Source of the DNA: Candidatus Latescibacterota bacterium
GTDB lineage: Bacteria; Latescibacterota; UBA2968; UBA8231
DNA: 64,000 nucleotides
NCBI GenBank assembly: GCA_965248265.1
Contig: CBDFJF010000001.1
Coordinates: forward strand, 480,001 to 544,000
Direction: 5' to 3'
Shown here: in pieces, positions 9,958 through 19,096 of the stretch
Numbering within the stretch: the first letter of the stretch is position 1
How the letters are laid out: each line of letters opens with the position of its first letter
Notes under the pieces: model-generated
Databases searched by the model: none
What the model saw: the letters and a program-made list of their open reading frames with translations, nothing else
Told to the model about the DNA's origin: nothing
Program-made: the position numbers and the translations under genes

Positions 9958-10932
9958 TCAGAGGAGAGACTCCGGTCGCTGTCCGCTGAGGAATCTGGCC
10001 ACGTTGTCGGCGGCGAATTCGGCGCGTCCGCGTGAGACCTCCTCCGTGCCGCCGCCGTTGTGAGGGGTGGTCACGACCGTTGGCAGCTGGTAGACGGGCA
10101 AGGTCGGGTCCGGCGGCTCAGAGGCGAACACGTCCAGACCGGCGCCGCCAATTTTTCCCTGTAGAAGGGCATCATAGAGGGCGTTCTCATCGATCAGGGC
10201 TCCCCGGCAGACGTTGATGACACAGGCCGTGGGTTTCAGCATGCCGATCCGGCGGGCGTCAATGATATGATGGGTCTGCTCGTTCAGGTGCAGGTGCACG
10301 GAGAGGAAGTCGCTCTCGGCGACGACGCGGTCGAGCTGTTCCGGAGTGCCCATGAACTCAGGTTGGATCTCATCAATGATCGCCGCATCGATGTGGCGTA
10401 CGTCGATCCCCATGATGCGCATGCCGAAGGATTTGGCCCGCTTGGCCAGTTCAGCGCCGCTGGCGCCAAAGCCGACGATGCCCAGCGTGCGGCCGCCGAG
10501 CTCGTAGGGACACGGCTTGTAGTAGGTGCCGTTCCTGAAATTGTCCGCCGCCTGCCGGTAGCGGCCGGCGAGCATGAGGATGAACATCATCGCGCTCTGC
10601 GAAAGGGCGAATTTGTTGATCTCACTGGGACAGTTGGAAAGGGCGATGCCGTGTGACTTGAACAGGTCCACATCGATGTGGTCGATGCCATTGGTCTGTG
10701 TCTGCACGTATCTGACTCCGGCTGCCGCCGCCGCGCTGACGTGTTCGGGAGGCATGGTCAGGCCCATCTCGACCACGGCTTCGTACCCTTCAAACTGCGG
10801 TTGGGCAGGCTGATCGTGATTGAATAGTGTCATCTCAAAGCGCGACTCCAGCACTTCAACGAGGTCCCGCATCCAGGTGGTCTCGAGGAAGTCGTCGGGC
10901 CCGCAGTAGACGAGGACCTTGCTCTCAGCCAT
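9958..10932 (-). CDS. D-isomer-specific 2-hydroxyacid dehydrogenase (canonical motifs)
   Basis: GIVGFGASG, INVCRG, GAGLDVFASEP and TPH motifs. Confidence 0.9.
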   Translation of the reverse strand: MAESKVLVYCGPDDFLETTWMRDLVEVLESRFEMTLFNHDQPAQPQFEGYEAVVEMGLTMPPEHVSAAAAAGVRYVQTQTNGIDHIDVDLFKSHGIALSNCPSEINKFALSQSAMMFILMLAGRYRQAADNFRNGTYYKPCPYELGGRTLGIVGFGASGAELAKRAKSFGMRIMGIDVRHIDAAIIDEIQPEFMGTPEQLDRVVAESDFLSVHLHLNEQTHHIIDARRIGMLKPTACVINVCRGALIDENALYDALLQGKIGGAGLDVFASEPPDPTLPVYQLPTVVTTPHNGGGTEEVSRGRAEFAADNVARFLSGQRPESLL

Positions 10933-11866
10933 CAGTCACTTCTCCCTTTTCTTGCGTCGGCGGCCGGTCCGCCCACTCGCCGAGCCCGAAATGGCGCTCG
11001 TCCGCGGCCTCGGCCAGGGTCCGGTAGCGCGGGCCCCGGCCCCAGTGAGCTTCGCCTTCGAGCAGGGTCCTCAGCTGCTCGGGAATCTGGCTCCTGAATT
11101 CGCTGCTGAGTGAGCCGTAGTCCCAGTAGGGAAACATGGAAGCGCCGTACCCGGTGATGATGATGACGCGCTCGTTGTCCGACACAATGCGGCCGGTTGC
11201 ATGGATGAGGGTCTCGCTGAATAACAGAGTAGACCCGGCAGGAGCGACGACCTGGTGTATGAGCGTTGGATCGTCATAGGCCAGCTCGATCAACGTCTCA
11301 GACGGCACGTCAACCTTGTGGCTGCCGGCAATGACCACGGTGCCGCCATCGTCCGGACCCAGGTCGGTCAAATTGGTTAGGGTTTTGACGAAATTGCAGT
11401 GGAATAGGCCGGCGTTGGTGTGGGTGCCAAAGGGAATATCGGTGCCGCGATGAAAGCCGTAGCGCCCGTCCGCGCCGTAATCGGGATCGCGGCTGTTGAT
11501 GTGGGCGTTCATCTCGACGATCCGTGCCTCGCCACCCAAAAGCTCCTCGGCCATGGATACCAGCCGCGCGTGGGTCGCGTACGCGGTGATGGTGGGATCG
11601 GCCTCGACGATGTTGGCGATGAATTGATGGTTGGATTTGTTCGTCTCCACGAACGCGCTGCGCACTCGGGGGCCCTCACCTGAGGCGTCTTTCAACTGTA
11701 TGAGTTCGCTTCGCAGCTGGTAGAGGGCTCGGCGCAGGGCTTCGACTTCCTCTGCTGTGAGCGTGTTCTTGACGACGACGTAACCGTAGACGTCGAGGTG
11801 GTAGCGCTGTGCTGCTGTCAGCGCCGGAAAAGGGCGGTCGAATGTGGCTTTTCTGCGCTGGGGCAC
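10925..11866 (-). CDS. PhyH family dioxygenase-like protein
   Basis: HLDVYGYVVVKN, DGGTVVIAGSHK and AGSTLLFSETLIH motifs. Confidence 0.85.
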   Translation of the reverse strand: MPQRRKATFDRPFPALTAAQRYHLDVYGYVVVKNTLTAEEVEALRRALYQLRSELIQLKDASGEGPRVRSAFVETNKSNHQFIANIVEADPTITAYATHARLVSMAEELLGGEARIVEMNAHINSRDPDYGADGRYGFHRGTDIPFGTHTNAGLFHCNFVKTLTNLTDLGPDDGGTVVIAGSHKVDVPSETLIELAYDDPTLIHQVVAPAGSTLLFSETLIHATGRIVSDNERVIIITGYGASMFPYWDYGSLSSEFRSQIPEQLRTLLEGEAHWGRGPRYRTLAEAADERHFGLGEWADRPPTQEKGEVTDG

Positions 11867-11878
11867 GGGTAGTCTCCC

Positions 11879-13675
11879 TTACGGCAGTATGGCGATTGCC
11901 CGGCCGGGGCCGCCATGATTGCCGGCGATCTTCGGGTTCAGGAAGATGTAGAAGGAACCAGTGGCGGGCAGTTGCCCGACCCCGGTCAGGAATTCAGTGA
12001 AGATCATGCCCTCGTTGACGGCCATCCAGTGCGTCATCGCCGATTCCCTGGCGTCGACGGAGCCCATGTCCGGGGTGTCGATGGCTACGTGGACGATGCC
12101 CTTATCTGCGAGATAAGCGATGGCCTGGGGCGACGGTGCAGGCCAACCCTCGGATATGCCATCGAGAGGTGCCTTCACGCACATCTCGGCCTGGCCACGG
12201 GTGAAGGAGGCAAAGTGGGTCGAGGTGTGGCCGGTTTCAAAGATGGCGACTTGGCCGGCTGCTAGCCCACCGTGCAGGATCTCGTGGGCTTTGATGTCGT
12301 CGACGGTGATCACCGGAGACGCTGGCCAGTCAGCGGGGTCCGTTGTTCCTACCAGATGGCGGACATCGATGACGCGCGCCGGCCCGACGAAGTAGTGGAT
12401 GGGCACTCGGTCCGAAGTCATGTCCGTCGTTGACAGCTTGCCGTGGGCCGCTTCAAACTCCTGCAGCCAACCTCTTGTGACATCGTCATAGCGGGAAAAG
12501 TCGAAGCCGGGCGGCGGACCATAGTGGGCCGGTGGGTCGACGTGAGTGCCGGTGCGAGAGTCGAGAAAATGGGCGTTGACCCAGTAGGGGCCGAACGGTC
12601 CGGAGAAATCGTTGACTGGATCGACTGCGTGATAGGGAAAGGCGTAGTTGCCCAGACCGCGGCCCGGCCACCACACGGGATGCTGCATCGACAGAATCAC
12701 GGAAAGATCGACGACGCGTTTGGCGCGGACGGCAGCCGTCAGGTGTGCGGCAAGATCGAGATCCGTGATGGCTGCTGCCCGGGTTTCAACCGTTGGTGAA
12801 TTGCGGTGGTTGACTGGCAGACTGATGTAGAGGGAACCGTCCGGTACCTGATCCAGGTTGATGAGGCCTTCCGTGTGTGACGCTCCGTGCTTGAAGTGCC
12901 CGAGGTGGCTCTCCAGGGCAAGCGGATTCTGGAACATGCCGGCTGGGCCCGCTTGAGTGTATCCGGGTGATCCCAGGCCACCCATGCTCGGGCTGTCGAT
13001 GCCCATCAGCCATACGCCCTTGCTTCCGACGTAGTCAGCGGCGTCAAAATCCGGGGCCGGCCATCCCGGCAGTCTCCCGGCCAGCGGGTCGACGATGAGC
13101 CTGCGGTCATCCGGTCGGGGCCGGTCGCGGACATCGTCATAGCCGCTCCAATACAGAGCTGCGTCTCCGGCCCGCAGCGGACGTCGATTCGCTTCCGCCT
13201 GCTTTATCATCTGAACTGAAAACAGGGGACTGGTTCCCTCGGGCGCTTTATCCAGAATATTCCGGCCGTCAATCTTGAAGACTTCGCCCACCCAACCCCA
13301 GGCCGGAACCCGGTCGCAGGTCAGCGAGCCGTAGTAGTGGGCGTTGGGCAGGCCGCTCTCCTGCGGCGGCATCATGTGCGGGGGGCAGTCCGTCTGCGTG
13401 CCCGTGTTTTCGTCCAGCATGATCAGATCGGCAGCCAGCGGGCCGGGGCCATGTTGGAGGTAGGAGACCAGCAGAGGTTGATGGTGGAGCTGGCCGCCCG
13501 GCCAGTTCTGGTAGTGATCCGTCGATACGGTTGGAGAAAGATCCACGACATGTTCCGGGGCGACGGTATCGTATCCGTACGCGCACGGTGCCGAGATGAC
13601 GAGGATGGCAGCCGTAAACAGGGGGTAGGCGGCGGGGAGGTGGCTACAATGCTCTCGGCGCATGAGTGTTCTCAT
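11879..13675 (-). CDS. Cyclase/kynurenine formamidase-like protein with a duplicated domain and probable signal peptide
   Basis: Two repeats, each with VDLS, TGT(Q/H)xDxPxH and IDxPxMG; start codon uncertain. Confidence 0.8.
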   Translation of the reverse strand: MRTLMRREHCSHLPAAYPLFTAAILVISAPCAYGYDTVAPEHVVDLSPTVSTDHYQNWPGGQLHHQPLLVSYLQHGPGPLAADLIMLDENTGTQTDCPPHMMPPQESGLPNAHYYGSLTCDRVPAWGWVGEVFKIDGRNILDKAPEGTSPLFSVQMIKQAEANRRPLRAGDAALYWSGYDDVRDRPRPDDRRLIVDPLAGRLPGWPAPDFDAADYVGSKGVWLMGIDSPSMGGLGSPGYTQAGPAGMFQNPLALESHLGHFKHGASHTEGLINLDQVPDGSLYISLPVNHRNSPTVETRAAAITDLDLAAHLTAAVRAKRVVDLSVILSMQHPVWWPGRGLGNYAFPYHAVDPVNDFSGPFGPYWVNAHFLDSRTGTHVDPPAHYGPPPGFDFSRYDDVTRGWLQEFEAAHGKLSTTDMTSDRVPIHYFVGPARVIDVRHLVGTTDPADWPASPVITVDDIKAHEILHGGLAAGQVAIFETGHTSTHFASFTRGQAEMCVKAPLDGISEGWPAPSPQAIAYLADKGIVHVAIDTPDMGSVDARESAMTHWMAVNEGMIFTEFLTGVGQLPATGSFYIFLNPKIAGNHGGPGRAIAILP

Positions 13676-13720
13676 CCTCTCAAGGTGGTTTGCGAGTCCA
13701 ATGTAGGAGTACCGACGACT

Positions 13721-16279
13721 TCAGAAAATGGGATATACCATCGGTTCACCCTCTTCCGTCAACACGCATCCTCCCATCACCTCAGCCAGACTGGCGCCGA
13801 ACGGCTTGTTGGTGCGTCCCAGGGAGTAGAGGTAACTCGACCCGACCTGTAGTTCACCCGAATCTTCTGCGGCGGCACGCTCTTTGGCCCGGGCGTGCAT
13901 CTGGCGGCGCTCGTTCTCGCGCAACTCGAACAGGTCGACGTAGCTGCCATCTTCAAAGTCTTCGATCACCAGTAACTTGCTCTCGACATTCACGCGCACG
14001 AACAAATTGGCCAACTCTGGATTTCCTGTCAGCATGTCCAACCCGATGACGGACAGGGCCACGCGCGGGTTGCGGTGGTGCCGCTCTCTGCGAGGCTCGA
14101 AGCGGGCGAACGCAGACAGATCCCTGCGAATCAACTGTTCCAGTTGCCTGATGACATCCGTGCTCTCGTGGACGGGATGCGCGAACGGCCAGACCGCGCG
14201 GAACAGGTAATCCCGTACCGCGTCAACGATTTCGCCAAGGCCGCTGGTTCGCAGGCACTCCTCCGGCAGTGCCCCCGCATCCGGCGCCGGTTCCAGGCCG
14301 TCGAACAGCAAGGGCGTGGAGGTCGTCGCTTCCTTGAGCGTGTCGACATCACTCAGCCGTTCTTCATCTGTGAGTGTCTGCAGGTACTCCGCGCTGCCCG
14401 AAACCAGGACTTCGACCAACCTCTTGATGGCAACCGCTGCAGAAAGGGTTGCGATGTCTTGGTCGGCCTTCTCGCGCGATGTTCCCATCTGAGTGCTGTC
14501 GGCGAGATGCGTGATGTTGCTGAGGATATCCTCGTAGCGCTCGGTAGCGGCTGCCACGCTGAACCCCTGGGGATCCTCGCGGATCATCAGCACGGCGCTG
14601 CGCAGGGCTTCGAGGCGAACGAGGCAGGCCGCCGCGTGATCGAGGACGCGGGGCAACGGGATCAATTGCCGGCTGTCGACCTCAAAAACCCTGCGAGAGG
14701 AGCTCACCGTATTGATGAAGCCGGTGGCTTCCAGTTCGAATCGCAGCACCTTCAGCCGCTTGTCTGGTGGGAGGTTCAGCAGACTCTTCAGGTGCTGGTG
14801 TTGGGCTACGAAACGGATGGAACGATAGGCATCACAAGCCCCGCTATCAGCCGTTGCCAGGGTTTCCGCCAAGTCGGCAGTCTCCTCGATATCGGCCTCG
14901 GGAGAATGGAACAGCGTCCACACTCGCTCGTCACGCCCTTCCAGGGCACCGAGCAGTTGGCCGATGTGGAAGACGATTTCGCCAAGGTCACTCGGTGCCA
15001 CCTGCACCGGTTGGAGAACGTCATAAGGCGAATCTGGCAATGGGGGCAGTCCATCGGATTCTTTTTCAGAGGATTCACCGTCGGTTTTGGTCCCATCGAT
15101 GTACGCCGCACTTGGTTTGGCACGCCGTTCGTCGCTTGACCCCTGCGACCCGGCCGATGGAGACTTCATGCCCCCGCCGGAACCTCCTCGAGGACCCGCG
15201 CTCCCTGCCGTTGAAGGCCTGCCGCCAGACGGCTTACCCAGAAGGGGATTCGCTGATCTGGAAGGGCCCCTCTGACGCGCTCTTGAAGCGTTGCCTCCTC
15301 CTCCTCCGGTTGCCAGTTGCCGCGCCTCCTCAACGGAGGGGATGCGGGCAGCCAGGGGGTCGAACTCGACAATCGCGCGCTCCCTGGCCTCAGGTGACTC
15401 CGCTGTATCCTCATCACCCGACGCCTCCGGATCGTAAATCGCAGACAGAGTCAGTCTGAAGTGATCGAGGAACAGATCGAGTTCGTCCTCCTCGTCATCC
15501 TCCTCGTCCTCTTCACCCTCGTCCCCTTCGTCCCCTTCGTCCTCGTCCCCAAACTCAACGTCGTCGGCCGGCTCCGGCTCTTCGACAAACTCCGAGTCTT
15601 CCGTCGAATCCTCCTCTACCTCCTCTTCGTCATCATCGTCAGCGGAAGTGGTCGATTCCTCCTCGACTTCGGTGTCGACGGAGTGTTCCTGTACTACGGA
15701 ATCAAAGTCACTGAGGGCCTGCAGAAAGTCGACGATCTCCGCGATAGGCTCGGCCTGCGCGACCATCGAGCATAGGGCCTTGCGAGATGCCCGTCCTTCG
15801 CTCAACAGTCGGGCCAATCGGGTGAAGCTGACATTCTCTCCAGGCAGCACCTTCGTCAGCAATGCAGTCGTACACAGCTCGACTATCGTATGACGGACAC
15901 ACTCGCGCGACGAAATCGAAGCCGGCGGTGAGCTGGCGACGTAACGATACAATTGCAGCACAGCGGTCCGGTACTTGCCGCCCGTGATCGACTCATCCTG
16001 GAGTGAACCCAACAGGGCATTGGTGTGCAGGACGGGGGCGAGCTCTTCCTTGAACTCCTCCAGGTCGAGGTCAGGGCGCGTGGCGCGCATCTGCAGGATG
16101 TAGGCGATGTCCGGGATGCTGCGCGACGCCACCATCATCGGAAAGCAAATGACATCCCATATCTCTGCGACTTCCCCGATATCCAGTCCGAGAACGTCAC
16201 ACCATTCCTTCCACTGAGTTACAGGAATGCGACTCTGCGCCTGGATGCGAGTCAATCCTTCGGCGTCCACTGTCGGCAT
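13721..16279 (-). CDS. Large hypothetical protein with an acidic tract and a Gly/Ser-rich linker
   Basis: 852-aa ORF with host-like codon usage; no family recognised. Confidence 0.75.
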   Translation of the reverse strand: MPTVDAEGLTRIQAQSRIPVTQWKEWCDVLGLDIGEVAEIWDVICFPMMVASRSIPDIAYILQMRATRPDLDLEEFKEELAPVLHTNALLGSLQDESITGGKYRTAVLQLYRYVASSPPASISSRECVRHTIVELCTTALLTKVLPGENVSFTRLARLLSEGRASRKALCSMVAQAEPIAEIVDFLQALSDFDSVVQEHSVDTEVEEESTTSADDDDEEEVEEDSTEDSEFVEEPEPADDVEFGDEDEGDEGDEGEEDEEDDEEDELDLFLDHFRLTLSAIYDPEASGDEDTAESPEARERAIVEFDPLAARIPSVEEARQLATGGGGGNASRARQRGPSRSANPLLGKPSGGRPSTAGSAGPRGGSGGGMKSPSAGSQGSSDERRAKPSAAYIDGTKTDGESSEKESDGLPPLPDSPYDVLQPVQVAPSDLGEIVFHIGQLLGALEGRDERVWTLFHSPEADIEETADLAETLATADSGACDAYRSIRFVAQHQHLKSLLNLPPDKRLKVLRFELEATGFINTVSSSRRVFEVDSRQLIPLPRVLDHAAACLVRLEALRSAVLMIREDPQGFSVAAATERYEDILSNITHLADSTQMGTSREKADQDIATLSAAVAIKRLVEVLVSGSAEYLQTLTDEERLSDVDTLKEATTSTPLLFDGLEPAPDAGALPEECLRTSGLGEIVDAVRDYLFRAVWPFAHPVHESTDVIRQLEQLIRRDLSAFARFEPRRERHHRNPRVALSVIGLDMLTGNPELANLFVRVNVESKLLVIEDFEDGSYVDLFELRENERRQMHARAKERAAAEDSGELQVGSSYLYSLGRTNKPFGASLAEVMGGCVLTEEGEPMVYPIF

Positions 16280-16393
16280 ACTGGTTACGGTCTAGGGAGC
16301 TGGTTGATGGCGGAGAACAGCCGCTGTGAGGGGGAGACGGCAGCTTTCTGCAATAATATGACAGCTCTTCGGCAGCGTAAAACATGAGCCAGG

Positions 16394-17590
16394 TCACGGT
16401 GGCGCTTCAGGACCGACGTCTTCGGGATGACGCATCCGAAAGCTTTGCAACACCCGGTGGAACCCCATGTCGTGCAGTGGGTTGCCCGGCATCGCGAACA
16501 AGTGGGTGGGGCAGGAACAATCCGAGGAGCCGAAGTCGCTGCAGGGTGTCGTTGAGATCGGTTCGAGTGCTCGAGCCAGGTCGCACTCAATACGCGTGGA
16601 CGAGCGAATGGGCAGCGTGATCACCTCGGAGGCTGCAGCGCGCAGGTAATCGACGTGCCAATGACAGCGTTTGCGGAGCCGTCGGTGCCGCGCCAGTCGT
16701 GACGACAGATTAGCCATGGCCGAACCGACGTACAGATAATACCCCTTCGGGAACACCCTTGTTCCGAGCGCGCCAACGTCAAGATGGCGCTGGCGTTGCA
16801 GTCGCATGAGCAGGAGATATCCACCGCGGTCTTCTCCGGCCTCGCGACGCAGGTAAGCCCACGGGATTTTCAGCATTCTGACCGGTTTGGCCAGCGAAAG
16901 GTCCCGGTTCCACTCGATGGCCGCCGGCAGGATTCGTACCCCGCGATCGTGGGCGGCGATCAAGGTCTGACTGAAGGCCAGGTCCGTGTGGAAATCCGGC
17001 ATGAACCAGCGCGCATCCGGGGCGTGCACGACGAAGAGGACGGCCACGTCCATCCCGGACTGTCGCAATGCCATCAGTTCGGTGAGGTGTTTGCGGCCTC
17101 TCTCAGTCACAGCATCCGGAAACATGGCGACCCCGTTGCCGAACAAGGTTGTCGACTTGACCTCCAGCATCAGGTCGACATCGTGGTTGCGCAACAGGAA
17201 ATCGAAACGGCTGCGGCCGACGGTAACCTCGCTCTTGAGCACGCGGGCGTCTTTGAGCGCCGGGATGCCACCGCTGTCGATCAGATGTCTGGCCAGGGCG
17301 TTGGCATGCTGTGTATGCAAGACGATGGGCGCACCATCGCGCTCCACTGCGAGTACCGTATAGCTGGTCCGCCGCATGGCGCGCTGCCCGGACCCCCGGC
17401 GCGGTTGATGTTGAATCGACAGGAGGACGCCGGGCAGCAGCAATTCCCACATCCGCCCCGGATTGGGCATGAAAGCTCGAACGAGCTTTCCGTCATCCTC
17501 TCGTCGGCATCGAACCAGGAACTGGTTGGGACGGTCGACGAAACGGGCGTTGATAATCTCTGCGGCGGCGCAGAGTCTGAAAGCTGGCAC
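16394..17590 (-). CDS. sfsA: SfsA (PD-(D/E)xK-like nuclease) fused to a C-terminal GIY-YIG (DUF123-like) domain
   Basis: RPNQF, PNPGRMWELL, SRFDF, EVKSTTL and FPDAVTERGRKHL, followed by GYYLYVGSA...HWHVDYL...FGSSDCSCPTHL; start approximate. Confidence 0.87.
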   Translation of the reverse strand: MPAFRLCAAAEIINARFVDRPNQFLVRCRREDDGKLVRAFMPNPGRMWELLLPGVLLSIQHQPRRGSGQRAMRRTSYTVLAVERDGAPIVLHTQHANALARHLIDSGGIPALKDARVLKSEVTVGRSRFDFLLRNHDVDLMLEVKSTTLFGNGVAMFPDAVTERGRKHLTELMALRQSGMDVAVLFVVHAPDARWFMPDFHTDLAFSQTLIAAHDRGVRILPAAIEWNRDLSLAKPVRMLKIPWAYLRREAGEDRGGYLLLMRLQRQRHLDVGALGTRVFPKGYYLYVGSAMANLSSRLARHRRLRKRCHWHVDYLRAAASEVITLPIRSSTRIECDLARALEPISTTPCSDFGSSDCSCPTHLFAMPGNPLHDMGFHRVLQSFRMRHPEDVGPEAPP

Positions 17591-17658
17591 GTTCACGAAT
17601 AAGTATCTAACGTACCCGTCTCTCCCACGCGAATAGCGCACGAAAGGACTGCACGGAA

Positions 17659-18408
17659 ATGGCAAAACCGGAATTCGGATACGACGATACGCCAGCCCTG
17701 CCTGGCTCAAAGTGGCGCGTACATGACGGCCGCCGTCCGCAACCTCGGATCGTGACTCCGGGCAGTCCGGACGGAACGCAACACTTCGGCACGGCCCCGT
17801 CGGATGCCACGGTCCTTTTCGATGGCAGCGATCTGAGCAAATGGAAAAGCACCAAAGAGGGCGATGCCCAGTGGAAAATCAAAGACGGCTACGTCGAAGC
17901 AACGCGGACAGGCGACATCGAGACCCGCGAGCACTTCGGCGATTGTCAGCTCCACGTCGAATGGGCTGCGCCGGCCGAGGTAAAAGGGGAGAGTCAGGGC
18001 CGCGGCAACAGCGGCGTGTTTCTGATGGGGCTGTACGAGATCCAGGTGCTGGATGGCTACGACAATCCTACTTACGCCGACGGCATCACCGGTGCCATCT
18101 ACGGCCAGTTTCCGCCGCTCGTCAACGCCTGCCGTCCGCCGGGGGAGTGGCAAGTGTACGACGTCATCTTCGAGGCTCCCAAGTGGGTCGGCAAACGATT
18201 CCACCAGGCGGCCACACTGACCTTGCTTCACAACGGCGTGCTAGCCCATCACTGTCGACCCGCTCTCGGGCCCACTGACCACAAGGTATCGCCTTCGTAC
18301 CGTGAGACCTGGGAGGAGAGTGGTCCGCTGAGGCTGCAGGATCACGGCGACGACGTGCGCTATCGCAACATCTGGATTCGCCCGCTCACCGGCTACGACG
18401 CCGCCTAG
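17659..18408 (+). CDS. DUF1080 (3-keto-disaccharide hydrolase-like) protein
   Basis: APSDATVLFDG, FGDCQLHVEW, GNSGVF, YEIQVLD and LQDHG...VRYRNIW motifs. Confidence 0.9.
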   Translation: MAKPEFGYDDTPALPGSKWRVHDGRRPQPRIVTPGSPDGTQHFGTAPSDATVLFDGSDLSKWKSTKEGDAQWKIKDGYVEATRTGDIETREHFGDCQLHVEWAAPAEVKGESQGRGNSGVFLMGLYEIQVLDGYDNPTYADGITGAIYGQFPPLVNACRPPGEWQVYDVIFEAPKWVGKRFHQAATLTLLHNGVLAHHCRPALGPTDHKVSPSYRETWEESGPLRLQDHGDDVRYRNIWIRPLTGYDAA

Positions 18409-18409
18409 C

Positions 18410-18982
18410 TCAAGGTCCAGCCAGGCGCGTCAGTACCTGTTCGACGAAGCGATACGTAATCCCCCACAGCAGTGGCTTCTCTGGACCCAGGGAGAGCGCG
18501 GGAAAGCGCCGCCCTTCGACAGTGAGGTGGGTCCGCCTGTTGATCTCAGACAAGCGTAAGAGCGGTACCCAGAAGCAATCCTCGACCTCCTCACTGAGCC
18601 GGGGTTGATGCCGCGGCGCCGAATAGGCGAAGCCGGAGACAACCAAGGGGCTGATGGTGGTCTGCAGGTCGTCCAGCTGTCCGAGATAGTCGGCTCCTGT
18701 CAGATCCATGCCGATCTCCTCTCGTGTCTCCCGCTGTGCCGTCGCGCGCAGGTCGCGATCACCCTTGTCTTGCTTGCCCCCGGGAAAAGCGATGTGGCCG
18801 GACCACGGATCGTGCGGGTACTCGGCACGCCGGATGAACAGCAGTTGCGGCTCGGGCGGCTGGAATACGACGGCGACGGCGGCCTTGACGTCACTCGACA
18901 AAAGTAGCGGCGGGCGCTGTCGCAGTGCTGCCCGAAGCCTCCCAAGGGGAGGTGTTTCGGCGTCTTTGGCGGAAGGCGGCAT
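18410..18982 (-). CDS. Nudix hydrolase, CoA pyrophosphatase type
   Basis: WSGHIAFPGGK...ATAQRETREEIG Nudix box and LLWGIT. Confidence 0.9.
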   Translation of the reverse strand: MPPSAKDAETPPLGRLRAALRQRPPLLLSSDVKAAVAVVFQPPEPQLLFIRRAEYPHDPWSGHIAFPGGKQDKGDRDLRATAQRETREEIGMDLTGADYLGQLDDLQTTISPLVVSGFAYSAPRHQPRLSEEVEDCFWVPLLRLSEINRRTHLTVEGRRFPALSLGPEKPLLWGITYRFVEQVLTRLAGP

Positions 18983-19096
18983 TTGCCAAATCAAAGGAGA
19001 TCCTTAGCTTGACGCACGGTACCATGCGGATTCACCCGAAGTGAACGGCAAGGCGCAACCCTGACGCGCCACGCGGTCCCACAACGCCAGGAAATC

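Noticed and set aside
15461-15670. Repeat array or CRISPR in the TCC/TCG-rich stretch (similarly 50295-50403)
   Set aside because: These are codon repeats of Asp/Glu tracts; no repeat-spacer structure or cas genes were seen in the window.
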